Shown here piece after piece: positions 39,126-49,099 of a stretch of DNA of 64,000 nucleotides. The translations under genes and the position numbers were made by a program. Each line of letters starts with the position of its first letter. The stretch's first letter is position 1. The stretch comes from Cyanobacteria bacterium auto_48_18 (lineage in GTDB: Bacteria > Cyanobacteriota > Vampirovibrionia > Obscuribacterales > Obscuribacteraceae), in the NCBI GenBank assembly GCA_036170915.1, contig JAVHQC010000001.1, positions 32,001 to 96,000 on the forward strand, in the 5' to 3' direction. Under the pieces are notes generated by a model that ran no database searches, was not told where the DNA came from, and was given only the letters and a program-made list of their open reading frames with translations.

Positions 39126-39608
39126 TTGGAAGACAAGCGTTCGCAAAAGAAAAGTGACAACGAGCAAGCTGATAAAGCTGAGCACAAGGACGCGCCCGCT
39201 GATTTGGGCCAGCCCCATGCTGATTCAGAGAGCGACGCTGAAAGTACGTTTTCTTTTGAAGATGACGGGCCCCGCGAGATTATTCCAGGGTTCGCTGAAA
39301 TGAAGGCTCTCGACACAGTCGCCGCCAACGCCGACATTTATTTGTCAGAGCAAATGCTTATGGGCAGCGCCAAAGGCAATTATGTGGCCTATACAATTAA
39401 ACTTCCCGCTGATCAGCTGGCTGCTCTGCAGTCAATCTGGCTCGAGCTAAAGCGCCTTTACGGCACTCATTCGCCTGACAAAAGCGGCATGATTCAACAA
39501 GCGATTCAAGACTGGCTCAAGCGTTGGGACGGCCCCGATCGGCAGAAACTTTTGAATGAATTGCTCGAAATACGGCAGGACACCAGGCGTCGGCAGTATA
39601 AGAAATAG
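39126..39608 (+). CDS. Hypothetical protein, possible C-terminal ribbon-helix-helix
   Basis: Likely TTG start at 39126 after AGGA. Acidic N-terminus, then YTIKLPADQLAALQ...KSGMIQQAIQDWL (RHH-like). Confidence 0.55.
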   Translation: MEDKRSQKKSDNEQADKAEHKDAPADLGQPHADSESDAESTFSFEDDGPREIIPGFAEMKALDTVAANADIYLSEQMLMGSAKGNYVAYTIKLPADQLAALQSIWLELKRLYGTHSPDKSGMIQQAIQDWLKRWDGPDRQKLLNELLEIRQDTRRRQYKK

Positions 39609-39620
39609 CACTTGCCAAAT

Positions 39621-39651
39621 CGCAGAGAAATTTTGGGTAAATTTCTCTGCG
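39621..39651. terminator. Hairpin terminator between convergent genes
   Basis: CGCAGAGAAATTT-TGGGT-AAATTTCTCTGCG, a 13 bp stem followed by TTTTT on the plus strand. Confidence 0.75.
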
Positions 39652-39657
39652 TTTTTG

Positions 39658-40269
39658 TCAATCGTGTTTGAGGTGCCGCCAGAGGTACCAGCCGAAGCCG
39701 CCAACGCAGACGAGCACAATCACTAAATCAAATTTGTGCCAGATATCGCGGAACTGTTCCATGTTATCGCCGAACCAGATGCCGACGTAGGTGAGGAAGT
39801 AGCACCAGACTAGCGATCCGATGAATGTGTAAATCAAGAATTTGCCCAGCGGTGCGCGCAGCACCCCGGCGGGAAATGAGATGAAAGTGCGCACCACAGG
39901 CAGCATACGGCAGATGAAAAATGTCATGTCACCGTATTTGGTAACCCACTTGTCAGCCAGCTCCATATCTTTTTCTTTTAATAGGAAGTAGCGGCCGTAT
40001 TTGGTGAGAAACGGTCTGCCGCCGAGCATACCGAGAAAATATGACGGGATGGAGCCCACAACGCAACCGACTGCACCAGCTAACGCTGCCAAGTGCACGT
40101 TCATTTTGCCTTCTTGAACCAAGAGGCCCGCGGTGGGCATGATTGCTTCACTGGGCAAGGGAATATTGGCTGATTCAATCGCCATCATAATCAAAACGGC
40201 CAGGTAGCCGCCTTGTTCGACGCCACTTTTGATCCAGAGCAAAATCGGATCGAGAAATTGATGAAGCAC
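39658..40269 (-). CDS. DedA family membrane protein
   Basis: MAIESANIPLPSEAIMP.AG, YG...FFICRMLPVVRTFISFPAG. Confidence 0.93.
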   Translation of the reverse strand: MLHQFLDPILLWIKSGVEQGGYLAVLIMMAIESANIPLPSEAIMPTAGLLVQEGKMNVHLAALAGAVGCVVGSIPSYFLGMLGGRPFLTKYGRYFLLKEKDMELADKWVTKYGDMTFFICRMLPVVRTFISFPAGVLRAPLGKFLIYTFIGSLVWCYFLTYVGIWFGDNMEQFRDIWHKFDLVIVLVCVGGFGWYLWRHLKHD

Positions 40270-40444
40270 TTGATCTCCAGATAATTATTGGCTGCGAGTG
40301 ACGATTCTACAGTGCTTTGTTGTTTTTTCCTTTTAGCAAACTCTCAGTATGCGCGATTGTTGGATAATAAAACTGATCTGATAGTCATTCGCCTGTCGAG
40401 GTGACATCGATCGCATATCTTTATTTTAAAATTTTGGAAATAGC

Positions 40445-42565
40445 ATGCCACCTGTAATCACGACCTCTTATTGCACCATCGCCACTGCCGGTCACGTTGA
40501 CCATGGTAAGACCTCTCTTATTAAAGCGCTGACGGGCATCAACCCCGACCGCTTGAAAGAAGAGCAAGAAAGAGAAATGACTACCGACCTCGGTTTTGCT
40601 CATTTAGATTTTGACCCACGTGAGAACAATAATAAATTTGTGCTCGGCTTTATTGATGTGCCAGGTCACGGCAAATTTCTGAAGAATATGTTAGCTGGAG
40701 TAGGCGGTATCGCCAGCGCACTACTGGTGGTTGCAGCCGATGAAGGCCCCATGCCGCAAACCTTGCAGCATGTGAAAATTTTGAGCTTACTGGGCGTGCA
40801 GCACTGCATTGTCGCCCTGACAAAAATTGATATTGCTTCAGAGCAAGAAATTGCGCAAGCTGAAAGCAAAGTGAAAGCATTGCTCGCTCAATACGACATT
40901 GAGCTTCTGGCACTGCAGCCGGTGTCAACAGTTTCATCGGTTGGCATTGAAGAGCTCAAAAATGTGCTTTTCACTCATTTAAGTGGAATGGCGCAAGACG
41001 AAGTCGAGTATATTCCAGCAGCGGCTGAGCATTTAAATGTCGTGGATGGCGAAGGAATTTCCGCATCAGCGGGAGCTGCCACCCAGCCAACAGTTGAGCC
41101 CGGAGCAAGTACAGCTACTCATAGCGCAGAAACGAAAAAGCCCAGTCTCTATCTACCGGTTGACCGCGCTTTCACCAAATCGGGCTACGGACTTGTGGTC
41201 ACAGGCACCTTAGTGGAAGGGCAGATTGCCGTTGGTGATCAGATTGCCGTCGAGCCAGGTGGTGTTAAAGCCCGCGTGCGCGGTATGGAAAGCTTTGGCA
41301 AGCAAGTTGATAAAGCTACTGCTGGTCAACGTTTAGCTGTTAATTTAGCTGTTAAAGACGGTGGCGCAGTCGCTCGCGGACAATGTCTCGCCGGCGACGA
41401 TCGCGTGGTTGTGCAGAATTTGATCGTAGCAATAACAGATCATGGCGGCCTTGATTTTGACGAACACAAAGTTGCCATTTCACCCCAACCAATCAAGCTT
41501 TATCATGGCACAGCCGAAGCCAAAGGCACCTTGCGTTGGCTCGAGAAAACAAAAACTGACGACGGCAAAATGTTTGGTCATATTCACTTAAGTGAACCGA
41601 TTGTCGCCCGGCCGACTAATCGTTATATCGTGCGCTATGGTGACGATGGCATTGCTGGTGGTGCGATACTTATGATTGATCGTCCGCGCTGGCTGACGAG
41701 ACAAACTCTGCATGATGTCAGCGCGCTGCTAATTGAAGGCAGTGCCGACGCTCAGCAAAAAGCTTTTACTCTAGTTGTGGCCGCTCATCCGCTTAAGGCA
41801 GTAAATCTATCGCAACTGCACTGGTTCTTGCCTTTTGTGCAACTGCAGGCTGCAGCCGAAAGCGCGCTAGCAAGTGGTGCTGTGGTCAGCATTGCTGATT
41901 TGTATATGGCGGTGTCAACCCGTGAGCAAATCGGCGAAAAAATTCTCGCACTACTTAAAACTTTGATGACCAATGAAGACAACGGACGTTTTGGTGTAAG
42001 CATCGAAACCATGCGCAAAAAGACTTTCAACACTCTAACGCGGCCGGTGATGCAGGCGATTATTAATGACCTCGCTGACAAAAAGCTGCTTTATCGCCAG
42101 GGCGATCGCATTTTTACTCGAGATGATGAAGCTGAAAAAGCGGCCCTGAAAGAAGCTAATGAAGCAGCTGCCGCTGCCAATGATCCTGCTTTTGTCGCTG
42201 CTAATCGCCTGCGCGATTCGGTAATGAGCATTTTAAATCAGCATCCGTGTTTAGAAATCGATGACCTGGCCAAGCAAGTCAATATTGATGGTAAGCGTAT
42301 GCGGCTTGTGCTTGGTGAGATGGTCAAAAATAAGCAAGTGCAAATAGTCGATCACGATTTTGTCGCTACTGAAGGCAAACTTCGTGCGGCGCATTTGTTA
42401 CTTTCAAAATTGTGGTTGAGTAAAAAAGAAATTTCTCCATCAGACTTTCGTGAAGGTCTGAGCACCACACGCAAATACGCCATGGCTTTGCTTTCTTATT
42501 TTGACGAAAACAATGTGACAAGGCGCATGGCTGGTAGTCGTGTCTTGCTCAAGCAAGTGGAGTAA
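40445..42565 (+). CDS. selB: Selenocysteine-specific translation elongation factor
   Basis: [48 protein letters not shown] and AGQRLAVNL, with the SECIS-binding winged-helix end [14 protein letters not shown]. Confidence 0.93.
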   Translation: MPPVITTSYCTIATAGHVDHGKTSLIKALTGINPDRLKEEQEREMTTDLGFAHLDFDPRENNNKFVLGFIDVPGHGKFLKNMLAGVGGIASALLVVAADEGPMPQTLQHVKILSLLGVQHCIVALTKIDIASEQEIAQAESKVKALLAQYDIELLALQPVSTVSSVGIEELKNVLFTHLSGMAQDEVEYIPAAAEHLNVVDGEGISASAGAATQPTVEPGASTATHSAETKKPSLYLPVDRAFTKSGYGLVVTGTLVEGQIAVGDQIAVEPGGVKARVRGMESFGKQVDKATAGQRLAVNLAVKDGGAVARGQCLAGDDRVVVQNLIVAITDHGGLDFDEHKVAISPQPIKLYHGTAEAKGTLRWLEKTKTDDGKMFGHIHLSEPIVARPTNRYIVRYGDDGIAGGAILMIDRPRWLTRQTLHDVSALLIEGSADAQQKAFTLVVAAHPLKAVNLSQLHWFLPFVQLQAAAESALASGAVVSIADLYMAVSTREQIGEKILALLKTLMTNEDNGRFGVSIETMRKKTFNTLTRPVMQAIINDLADKKLLYRQGDRIFTRDDEAEKAALKEANEAAAAANDPAFVAANRLRDSVMSILNQHPCLEIDDLAKQVNIDGKRMRLVLGEMVKNKQVQIVDHDFVATEGKLRAAHLLLSKLWLSKKEISPSDFREGLSTTRKYAMALLSYFDENNVTRRMAGSRVLLKQVE

Positions 42566-42596
42566 CCGGTCTTCAACTGTTGGCAGATTCTGGTGG

Positions 42597-42680
42597 CCTA
42601 GTGCTTTTTGCGCGCCTAAGAAATTTTACAACCCTTAAGTTGTATGTTTTAACAACCTAACAGTTGTAAAATTCCTTAGG
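42597..42680. repeat. Dispersed repeat copy 2: double palindrome ACAAC-N6-GTTGT
   Basis: Matches 9113-9186. Outer inverted repeat CCTAAGAAATTTTACAAC...GTTGTAAAATTCCTTAGG. Confidence 0.85.
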
Positions 42681-42706
42681 AGTTTTAGAAGGAGTGTAGT
42701 CACCTA

Positions 42707-43939
42707 ATGACCTTTCGCCGAACCACCATTTTACTCTTAACTCTTTTGACCCTGACAGCTCCCGCCCTCGCTCAAGAAGAAACCAGCACCTTCGAAGATG
42801 AGCCCGACAACGTGTCAGCCGCTCAGCCGGCTGCGCGCAATTTAAGTGAGTTGGCAGGCGTTGTTGAACAAAATATGAATCAGTATGTGGTGCCTGGTGC
42901 CGCTCTGGCTGTGGCATATAAAGGACGCCTGGTATACGCACGCGGTTTTGGTTTCGCTAATTTGCGCACCAGAGAACCCGCTACCGAAACCACTCTTTTT
43001 AATTTGGCCAGCTGCACTAAGGCGATTTCCATGTTTGGAGTGCTCCGCTTAGTAGATGCCGGACGATTGCAATTAGATCAGCCAGTTTACGATGTCATAG
43101 GTCGTCCGCCTTTGCCAATGCGGCGAGTCGATCCCCGGGTTCTTCAAATTACTGTTCGCCAACTGTTGCATCACTCAGGCGGTTGGAATGATGACTCGGG
43201 TTTCGTCACTGCCAGCAATGAAGTGCAGCGTCAGGCACCACAAGGCATGTCCTACAGCGAAGGCGTGCGCATTTTATTTATGACGCCTCTCGATTATGCG
43301 CCTGGAACGCAAGCGAAATATGCTAACGGCCAGTGGAATCTGGTCAAGTATGTAATTGAATGTGCGGCGCAGATGCCTTATGGTGACTTTATGAAGCGTG
43401 AGCTTGCGGCAATCGGCATTACCGATATGCGTGATGAGTCACGTGGGGCAACTCCCGGCGAAGCAATGCGTTACGCAGGCAATCCGCCACATGTAGTGCC
43501 TGGCGGCCCCAGTCAAACACCGTTGCAGCCTTCATTCGGCAACTGGATGGCCTCAGCTGTCGACATGGCGAAATATCTCACTGCCATTGATGCTTCTCGT
43601 GTGCCTGGTATTTCTCATGCATCTTACGATCAGATGATTGCTGAGCTGCCACCACCAATGGTGAACGAGGCTAAAGGCGCCCATTTTGGCCTTGGCATGG
43701 ACACCGTTCGGCAGACACCTACCGGATTTTTCTATACTAAGAACGGCGGCAAGCCTGGAGTGCATGCGCAAATTGTCCATCTTGAAAATGGTGTCGATTA
43801 TGTTCTGCTGATGAACGGCGGCGCCAATGCCGACGGCTCTAACTTCAATCCGCTGGGGCCCACCATGAAAGGCGTCAATCAAATTTTGCGCAATTGCAGC
43901 CAGTGGCCGCAAGAAGACCTGTTTCAGCGTTATCCGTAA
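42707..43939 (+). CDS. Secreted serine hydrolase (class C beta-lactamase-like family)
   Basis: Signal peptide, FNLASCTK (SxxK), ITVRQLLHHSGG, YAN (YxN) and KNGG. Confidence 0.9.
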   Translation: MTFRRTTILLLTLLTLTAPALAQEETSTFEDEPDNVSAAQPAARNLSELAGVVEQNMNQYVVPGAALAVAYKGRLVYARGFGFANLRTREPATETTLFNLASCTKAISMFGVLRLVDAGRLQLDQPVYDVIGRPPLPMRRVDPRVLQITVRQLLHHSGGWNDDSGFVTASNEVQRQAPQGMSYSEGVRILFMTPLDYAPGTQAKYANGQWNLVKYVIECAAQMPYGDFMKRELAAIGITDMRDESRGATPGEAMRYAGNPPHVVPGGPSQTPLQPSFGNWMASAVDMAKYLTAIDASRVPGISHASYDQMIAELPPPMVNEAKGAHFGLGMDTVRQTPTGFFYTKNGGKPGVHAQIVHLENGVDYVLLMNGGANADGSNFNPLGPTMKGVNQILRNCSQWPQEDLFQRYP

Positions 43940-43996
43940 TTTGGCCTATAAGGGGTATATAGACTTTGGTCAGCCACGTGGGAAGCGGAGTCTAAA

Positions 43997-44641
43997 TTGC
44001 CCCGACACCAACTCGAAATCGTTAATCGAGTCGCGCATGCGACATTTGTGCACAGCGAGAAGTTTTATCTGCTGGCCATGCTTGTCTGCTTCGGCGTCGG
44101 TGTGCTGATTGCCTCTAGCGGCCTTCTGGCATCCAGATTCGCCACTCCTCCAGTCTTCATTGGTTTGGCCCTGGCGATTTTGACGGTGGTGGGCTCATTC
44201 ACAAAAGTCTATAGCGCAATGGGCAAAAATATGTGGGAGTGCTCATGTTCGCAACTTGAAGAAATCGAAGCCCTTCAAGTCTTTGACTTCTTCCGTTATC
44301 TGCTACTTATCACAGTCGTTGGTGCTTTGGCTTACTGTTTGCCGCATTTGCTTCAGAAATTTCTAGATAGAGAATTCGCCATATCCCTTTCCGTAGCGAG
44401 TTTTTTTATTGGCGCCGGGTTAGTGTTCTTCAGTGCGTATAGAGCAGATCTGATCGATAAGTTAGTCGCCAAATTACCATCAGAAGAAGAGTTTTTGCGT
44501 GCGCATTTTGAAGACACTGATGAAGTGCCTGAATATATAAAACTTCACGCGAAACTAAATGAAGAGTTATCTGAAGAAAAGCGTTTTAAACGAAAACCGG
44601 CTGAACAAAAACCGGAACAAAAAGAGCCGCCAGCAAATTAA
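43997..44641 (+). CDS. Hypothetical membrane protein (4 TM)
   Basis: 214 aa ORF with four hydrophobic segments and a charged tail. Confidence 0.6.
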   Translation: MPRHQLEIVNRVAHATFVHSEKFYLLAMLVCFGVGVLIASSGLLASRFATPPVFIGLALAILTVVGSFTKVYSAMGKNMWECSCSQLEEIEALQVFDFFRYLLLITVVGALAYCLPHLLQKFLDREFAISLSVASFFIGAGLVFFSAYRADLIDKLVAKLPSEEEFLRAHFEDTDEVPEYIKLHAKLNEELSEEKRFKRKPAEQKPEQKEPPAN

Positions 44642-47136
44642 GAATCTACCGCCACTACAATATGGTCGCTCGCCTGGCCACTGTTGCCGTCTTTAAAGCG
44701 GGGCCACAAGCGAATCTGATAAAGCCCTACACCCGGAAATTCATCGCGCTTCAGTTTAATGGTGCCAGCTTTACCATCGAAGTCTTTGTATGAAAGAGCG
44801 ACTGCACTTTTTCGGCTGCAATTTTGTTCTTCGAACATCAGATTTGTTCTTGTGATTTCCATTTCTGCGCCCACTGCATCACCTTTGATCTTGCTGACGT
44901 CATAATCAAATTGGTCTGCTGTCTTGGTTTTAGAAAGATGTATGAAACCTTTGCTGCCGAGATATCCCGAATTCGAAAAACTGATCTTGGCAATGAGATC
45001 TTGCGCCGGCACGATGCGCACTTCTTCAATCGAGCAGTCACTGTGGTGAGGTAGTCGCAATTTGAGAATATGCGATCTGCCACCCAGGCACCATTCAGGC
45101 AAACTGCGCAAGGGGAAAATCAATGTCGCTTCGCCAATCTCAGACGGCATAGGGGTGGGTGTGCGGCTCTTGTTATTGAACTCTGTAATTACATCGTTGG
45201 TGTAAAGGAGGTCGGCACCTTCTTTTGCAGCGGCCTGCTTAAAGGCGTCGCTTGCGCTGTTAACTCTCAATTTCACAGCTACAAATTCAATGGCGTAGGC
45301 ATTGCCTGAGCCCGCATCAAAAGTAACTTCCGGACGTCCTTTTTTCTCTGAATGAGGAGCTATAGGATGCTGCCCGTTTTCTATTACTTGACCAGGTATG
45401 ACTTTTGTTTCAGTCACCGGATATTGATCAATGTCATCCAGAATGACCTTTTCAAAATCCCCTGCGCTGTTGTAGCGGTCTTTCCAGCGATAGACCAGAA
45501 TTTTGTCGCGGTCTTTATACAGTGTGTCTTTCAAATAACCGAAAGGCATCATTGGCTCAAAGGGGTTGACCATGATGGCGTTGTAAACGTCGCGGTGTAG
45601 CTGTGGTGTGCGTGTCATGCCTTCCAGGGCATTGCGCGAGACGTAAGCACCGTGTATCTGGTCAGGCAATCCAACTATGAGTACTTGCGGATCTCCCGGC
45701 ACCTGTTGATAAAGCTTACCGAGAGCAGCTCTGATGCTGTTAGCGCTATTGCCTGCGTCTATCCAGGCTGTGTTGTTGATACTAAGCACGTAAAAACACA
45801 GCGCTAAAAATCCGAGGGCCAATGAATTTCTAGACATCAATTGAATGCGGGCGTTTAGACCACGGCTAACTACCACGCCTGCTAGGGCGAACAGCAATGC
45901 TAGTGGAACAGTGGCTACATAAGCCAATCTGCTGCCTTGCAAATCGTGGCTGATAGCAAACACTTTATAGACTGGCACCAGAGATAGTACCAGCCATCCG
46001 CTTAAGAATAGAAAGAGACGGCCCAGCGCTGGTGTGAGAATCAAATTGATTAGAATGCCAATGCCAATCAATCCTAAATATAAATTCCAGAGTTTAGTAA
46101 ATATATTGCCATGGCCAAAGAGCTCGCGGTTAAGCGGTTCGACGAACATTTTCAATCCGCTTAACCATGAGCTGATGAAGACTTTGATATTAGAAACGAA
46201 AAATAGCGAATTGTCATATCCGCCAACCAATGTGCCCAGTGCGAAAAAGCGCACCACAAAATAAACAACGATAAGAGCCCAAAAAATTGCAGTACTTTTC
46301 GCGGCCCGAACCCAGTAAACAGGGCTTAAAGCCCCTGCCAAAACTGTTCTTGGCGTATCTTGGGGCGAGGCATAAAGTAATTCCAGCAAAACGAAAATCG
46401 CTGGTAATGTGATTGCCATCTCTTTAGAAAGTAGCCCCAGGGTGAGCAAGACAAGTGAAGCAGCTACTGCTGTTTTTCGGCCTTTTGCCCCTGGCAATGT
46501 TCGTCTGGCTTTCAAATAAAACCAGAATGATGAGGTGATAAAAGCGGTGACAATGACGTCAACTCTGCCTGTGATCCAGGACACTGTTTCGATGTGCAGC
46601 GGGTAGAGACCGAAAATAGCAGCCGCAATAAATGGCCAGTAACGCGTTAAAGAAACAGGCAGGGCCTTAAATTTGTGCCTTTCTTTGGCGCCCTCTTCTT
46701 CTCTTATGGTGAGGGCCGCTAATTCGCGAGCAATGAAAAATATAAAAATCGTGCTGCTTATGTGGAAGAGCAAATTGGTGAGGTGAAAGCCAAAACCGTT
46801 GCCTTTCCAAATTAAGTAATCGGACACCATGAAAACAGATATGAGTGGGCGATAGAACTTAGTATTGGTGCCGTCTAGCCACGAACTGTGAAAGTTGCGC
46901 CAGATCATTTCAGGATTTCGCACTGCTTCTTTGAGCCATACCAGATGGCCAAAGTCGTCTCCGGCAAAAAAGTCGAAGAGAATTCCTTTATAGGCTACGA
47001 AGGTTAGTGCGGCGGCTAACAATACAAGTGCCAGCAAATATTTGCTTTCGAAACTTTTCAAGCCGGATTTCTCCAGGCCAGAATCTTTAGAAGATGCGCT
47101 GGTGTCTGGATTTAAGCTGGAATTAGCTTCGTTCAA
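44638..47136 (-). CDS. GT-C fold membrane glycosyltransferase (TMTC/ArnT-like) with a C-terminal extracytoplasmic domain
   Basis: GDD loop motif, YRPL, HLTNLLFH, PLHIETVSWITGR and LLSKEMAITLP, with many TM helices. Confidence 0.75.
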   Translation of the reverse strand: MNEANSSLNPDTSASSKDSGLEKSGLKSFESKYLLALVLLAAALTFVAYKGILFDFFAGDDFGHLVWLKEAVRNPEMIWRNFHSSWLDGTNTKFYRPLISVFMVSDYLIWKGNGFGFHLTNLLFHISSTIFIFFIARELAALTIREEEGAKERHKFKALPVSLTRYWPFIAAAIFGLYPLHIETVSWITGRVDVIVTAFITSSFWFYLKARRTLPGAKGRKTAVAASLVLLTLGLLSKEMAITLPAIFVLLELLYASPQDTPRTVLAGALSPVYWVRAAKSTAIFWALIVVYFVVRFFALGTLVGGYDNSLFFVSNIKVFISSWLSGLKMFVEPLNRELFGHGNIFTKLWNLYLGLIGIGILINLILTPALGRLFLFLSGWLVLSLVPVYKVFAISHDLQGSRLAYVATVPLALLFALAGVVVSRGLNARIQLMSRNSLALGFLALCFYVLSINNTAWIDAGNSANSIRAALGKLYQQVPGDPQVLIVGLPDQIHGAYVSRNALEGMTRTPQLHRDVYNAIMVNPFEPMMPFGYLKDTLYKDRDKILVYRWKDRYNSAGDFEKVILDDIDQYPVTETKVIPGQVIENGQHPIAPHSEKKGRPEVTFDAGSGNAYAIEFVAVKLRVNSASDAFKQAAAKEGADLLYTNDVITEFNNKSRTPTPMPSEIGEATLIFPLRSLPEWCLGGRSHILKLRLPHHSDCSIEEVRIVPAQDLIAKISFSNSGYLGSKGFIHLSKTKTADQFDYDVSKIKGDAVGAEMEITRTNLMFEEQNCSRKSAVALSYKDFDGKAGTIKLKRDEFPGVGLYQIRLWPRFKDGNSGQASDHIVVAVDS

Positions 47137-47161
47137 CTATGGCCTTAGGCTAAGTGCTCAA

Positions 47162-48391
47162 CTAACTGAGAGCCGCAGCTGTCACCGGTGGTGCCACCAC
47201 AACTGGAGTGGCAATTTCGCTTGCCATAATTTCAGTTATAACTTCGCCCACAGTTTTTACTTGTTCGTCAGTCAGTTCAGGATACATAGGCAATGACAGA
47301 ACTTCTCTAGAAAGCTGTTCTGAAATTGGGAAATCACCCATCTTATAACCAAGATTTTCGAATGCTTTTTGCACATGCAATGGCACTGGGTAATAGCACA
47401 TAGAGCCGATTCCACGCTCGGTCAGGCGAGCTACCAGTTTTTCTCTGTTTGGATTTTCGAGAGTCGGAGCCTGGTCTGAAGCAAGCACACGAACAGTGTA
47501 CTGGTGATAGACGTGTTTCACAGTAGCTCTGGCACCGTCACGCACACCACCAGCCAGGCTTACGCTTGGGGTGACGAGGCCTGGGCAATTCTTCAGAGTG
47601 CTGTCGTAAATAGATGCAAGATGTGCGCGGCGATCATTCCACTGTTTGAGATAAGGCAGCTTGACCACGAGAGTGGCTGCTTGCAATTCGTCTAAGCGGC
47701 TGTTGACGCCAAGTTCATCATGATAATAACGACGTCTCATACCATGGGCACGAATGGCGCGAATGCGCTCGGCCGCTACGTCGTCTTTGCTCACGATCAT
47801 TCCGGCATCACCGGCGGCACCAAGGTTTTTAGTGGGGTAAAAACTTGTGCAAGCAACATCACCAAAAGATCCGGTTGGTTGGCCGTTGTAAGTTGCACCA
47901 ATACCTTGAGCGTTGTCTTCAATTACTTTCAAGCCGTGCTTTTTGGCGATGGCGCAAATTGGCTCCATATGTGATGGCAGGCCGTACAAGTGTACCGGCA
48001 TGATTGCTTTGGTTTTGCTGGTGATGGCGGCTTCAATTAAAGCCGGGTCAATGTTGTAACTGTTGGCGTCGATATCGACGAAAACCGGGGTTGCTCCGCG
48101 CATCACGATTGCTTCAACTGTGGCGGCAAAAGTGAAAGGAGTGGTGATAACTTCGTCGCCTGGGCCGATGTCGAGGCCCCAGAGGGCCAGCATCAGAGCG
48201 TCGGTGCCGTTGGCTACGCCGATGCCGTGTGCCACGCCTGAGAGCTCTGCAACTTGTTTCTCAAGTGTGCCGACGTATTTGCCTAATATGTAGTTGCCGC
48301 TGCGAAGTACTTGAAGGACGGTTGACTCTAACTCTTCCTGGATCGTTTCGTACTGGGCCTGAAGGTTGAGAATCGGAATGCTTTGGGTCAT
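47162..48391 (-). CDS. DegT/DnrJ/EryC1/StrS sugar aminotransferase
   Basis: VANGTDAL, IMPVHLYG, IEDNAQ, SFYPTKNLGAAGDAG, NSRLDELQA and LSLPMYPEL. Confidence 0.95.
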   Translation of the reverse strand: MTQSIPILNLQAQYETIQEELESTVLQVLRSGNYILGKYVGTLEKQVAELSGVAHGIGVANGTDALMLALWGLDIGPGDEVITTPFTFAATVEAIVMRGATPVFVDIDANSYNIDPALIEAAITSKTKAIMPVHLYGLPSHMEPICAIAKKHGLKVIEDNAQGIGATYNGQPTGSFGDVACTSFYPTKNLGAAGDAGMIVSKDDVAAERIRAIRAHGMRRRYYHDELGVNSRLDELQAATLVVKLPYLKQWNDRRAHLASIYDSTLKNCPGLVTPSVSLAGGVRDGARATVKHVYHQYTVRVLASDQAPTLENPNREKLVARLTERGIGSMCYYPVPLHVQKAFENLGYKMGDFPISEQLSREVLSLPMYPELTDEQVKTVGEVITEIMASEIATPVVVAPPVTAAALS

Positions 48392-48708
48392 TTACTAGGT
48401 TCCTTTGGCGATGGCCTGCGAGCAGGCAACATACGACATCTTCTAGATTGCTCTCTGTCGGTTGTAATCAAGATGGTGAAAACTCGATGACATTTATCCG
48501 ACAGAATGAGTCTAGCTGGTTGGCATGATGATTCAAAGGTGATGCAAATAAGGTTATCTTTTCTGGTAGCTGAGTGTTTGTTAATCTTCGCTGTGTACTT
48601 TGGGCCAGTTTGCCGCTCCCACGCTGCTCGCGACAATCAATCAATATTTTCCTCCGATTTTCTTTGTTGATTTCTGAAAATGCTCTCATCAATTAAATAG
48701 TTATGAGC

Positions 48709-48747
48709 AAAAAAAAGAGGAGGCGCAATGCCCCCTCTCCTTTTTTT
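48709..48747 (-). terminator. Rho-independent terminator after the HicB-like gene
   Basis: Minus strand GAGGGGGC-ATTGC-GCCTCCTC followed by a T run. A/T runs on both sides suggest it may act in both directions. Confidence 0.75.
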
Positions 48748-48763
48748 AATTACGACTGGTCGA

Positions 48764-49099
48764 TTATCTTTTCGATTTACCAGGCATTGCTACTGTTCTC
48801 GAAAGAGCATTAGTGACGAACAAGTTCAGGCTGACGCCTTCTTTTTCGGCTCTGTCTACGAGTGCTTGGTGCAGTGACTTAGGCAAACGTACGGTAAATT
48901 TACCGGAGAAGCTCATGTACTGGTCATCGCCGCCACGTGATGCTGTTGAAGCTTTGGCTTTAGTGGTGTGTTTAGGTGCTGCTGTCTTGCGAACAAGTTT
49001 GCGGGTACCGACTGCTTTTTTAGCTACATGTTTTGCAGCTGGTTTTGCGGATTTAGCAGCTTTAGGTTTTGCCTTGCCACCAGTTTTACGTACTGCCAT
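48764..49099 (-). CDS. HicB-type ribbon-helix-helix domain fused to a Lys/Ala-rich histone-like N-terminal tail
   Basis: ATG 49099 behind AAGGAG. C-terminal FSGKFTVRLPKSLHQALVDRAEKEGVSLNLFV is the HicB-type RHH. The first ~57 aa are basic with no D/E. Confidence 0.8.
   Translation of the reverse strand: MAVRKTGGKAKPKAAKSAKPAAKHVAKKAVGTRKLVRKTAAPKHTTKAKASTASRGGDDQYMSFSGKFTVRLPKSLHQALVDRAEKEGVSLNLFVTNALSRTVAMPGKSKR

Noticed and set aside
38097..39608. Integrative element at tRNA-Phe
   Set aside because: No integrase and no duplicated tRNA 3' end seen in the window.
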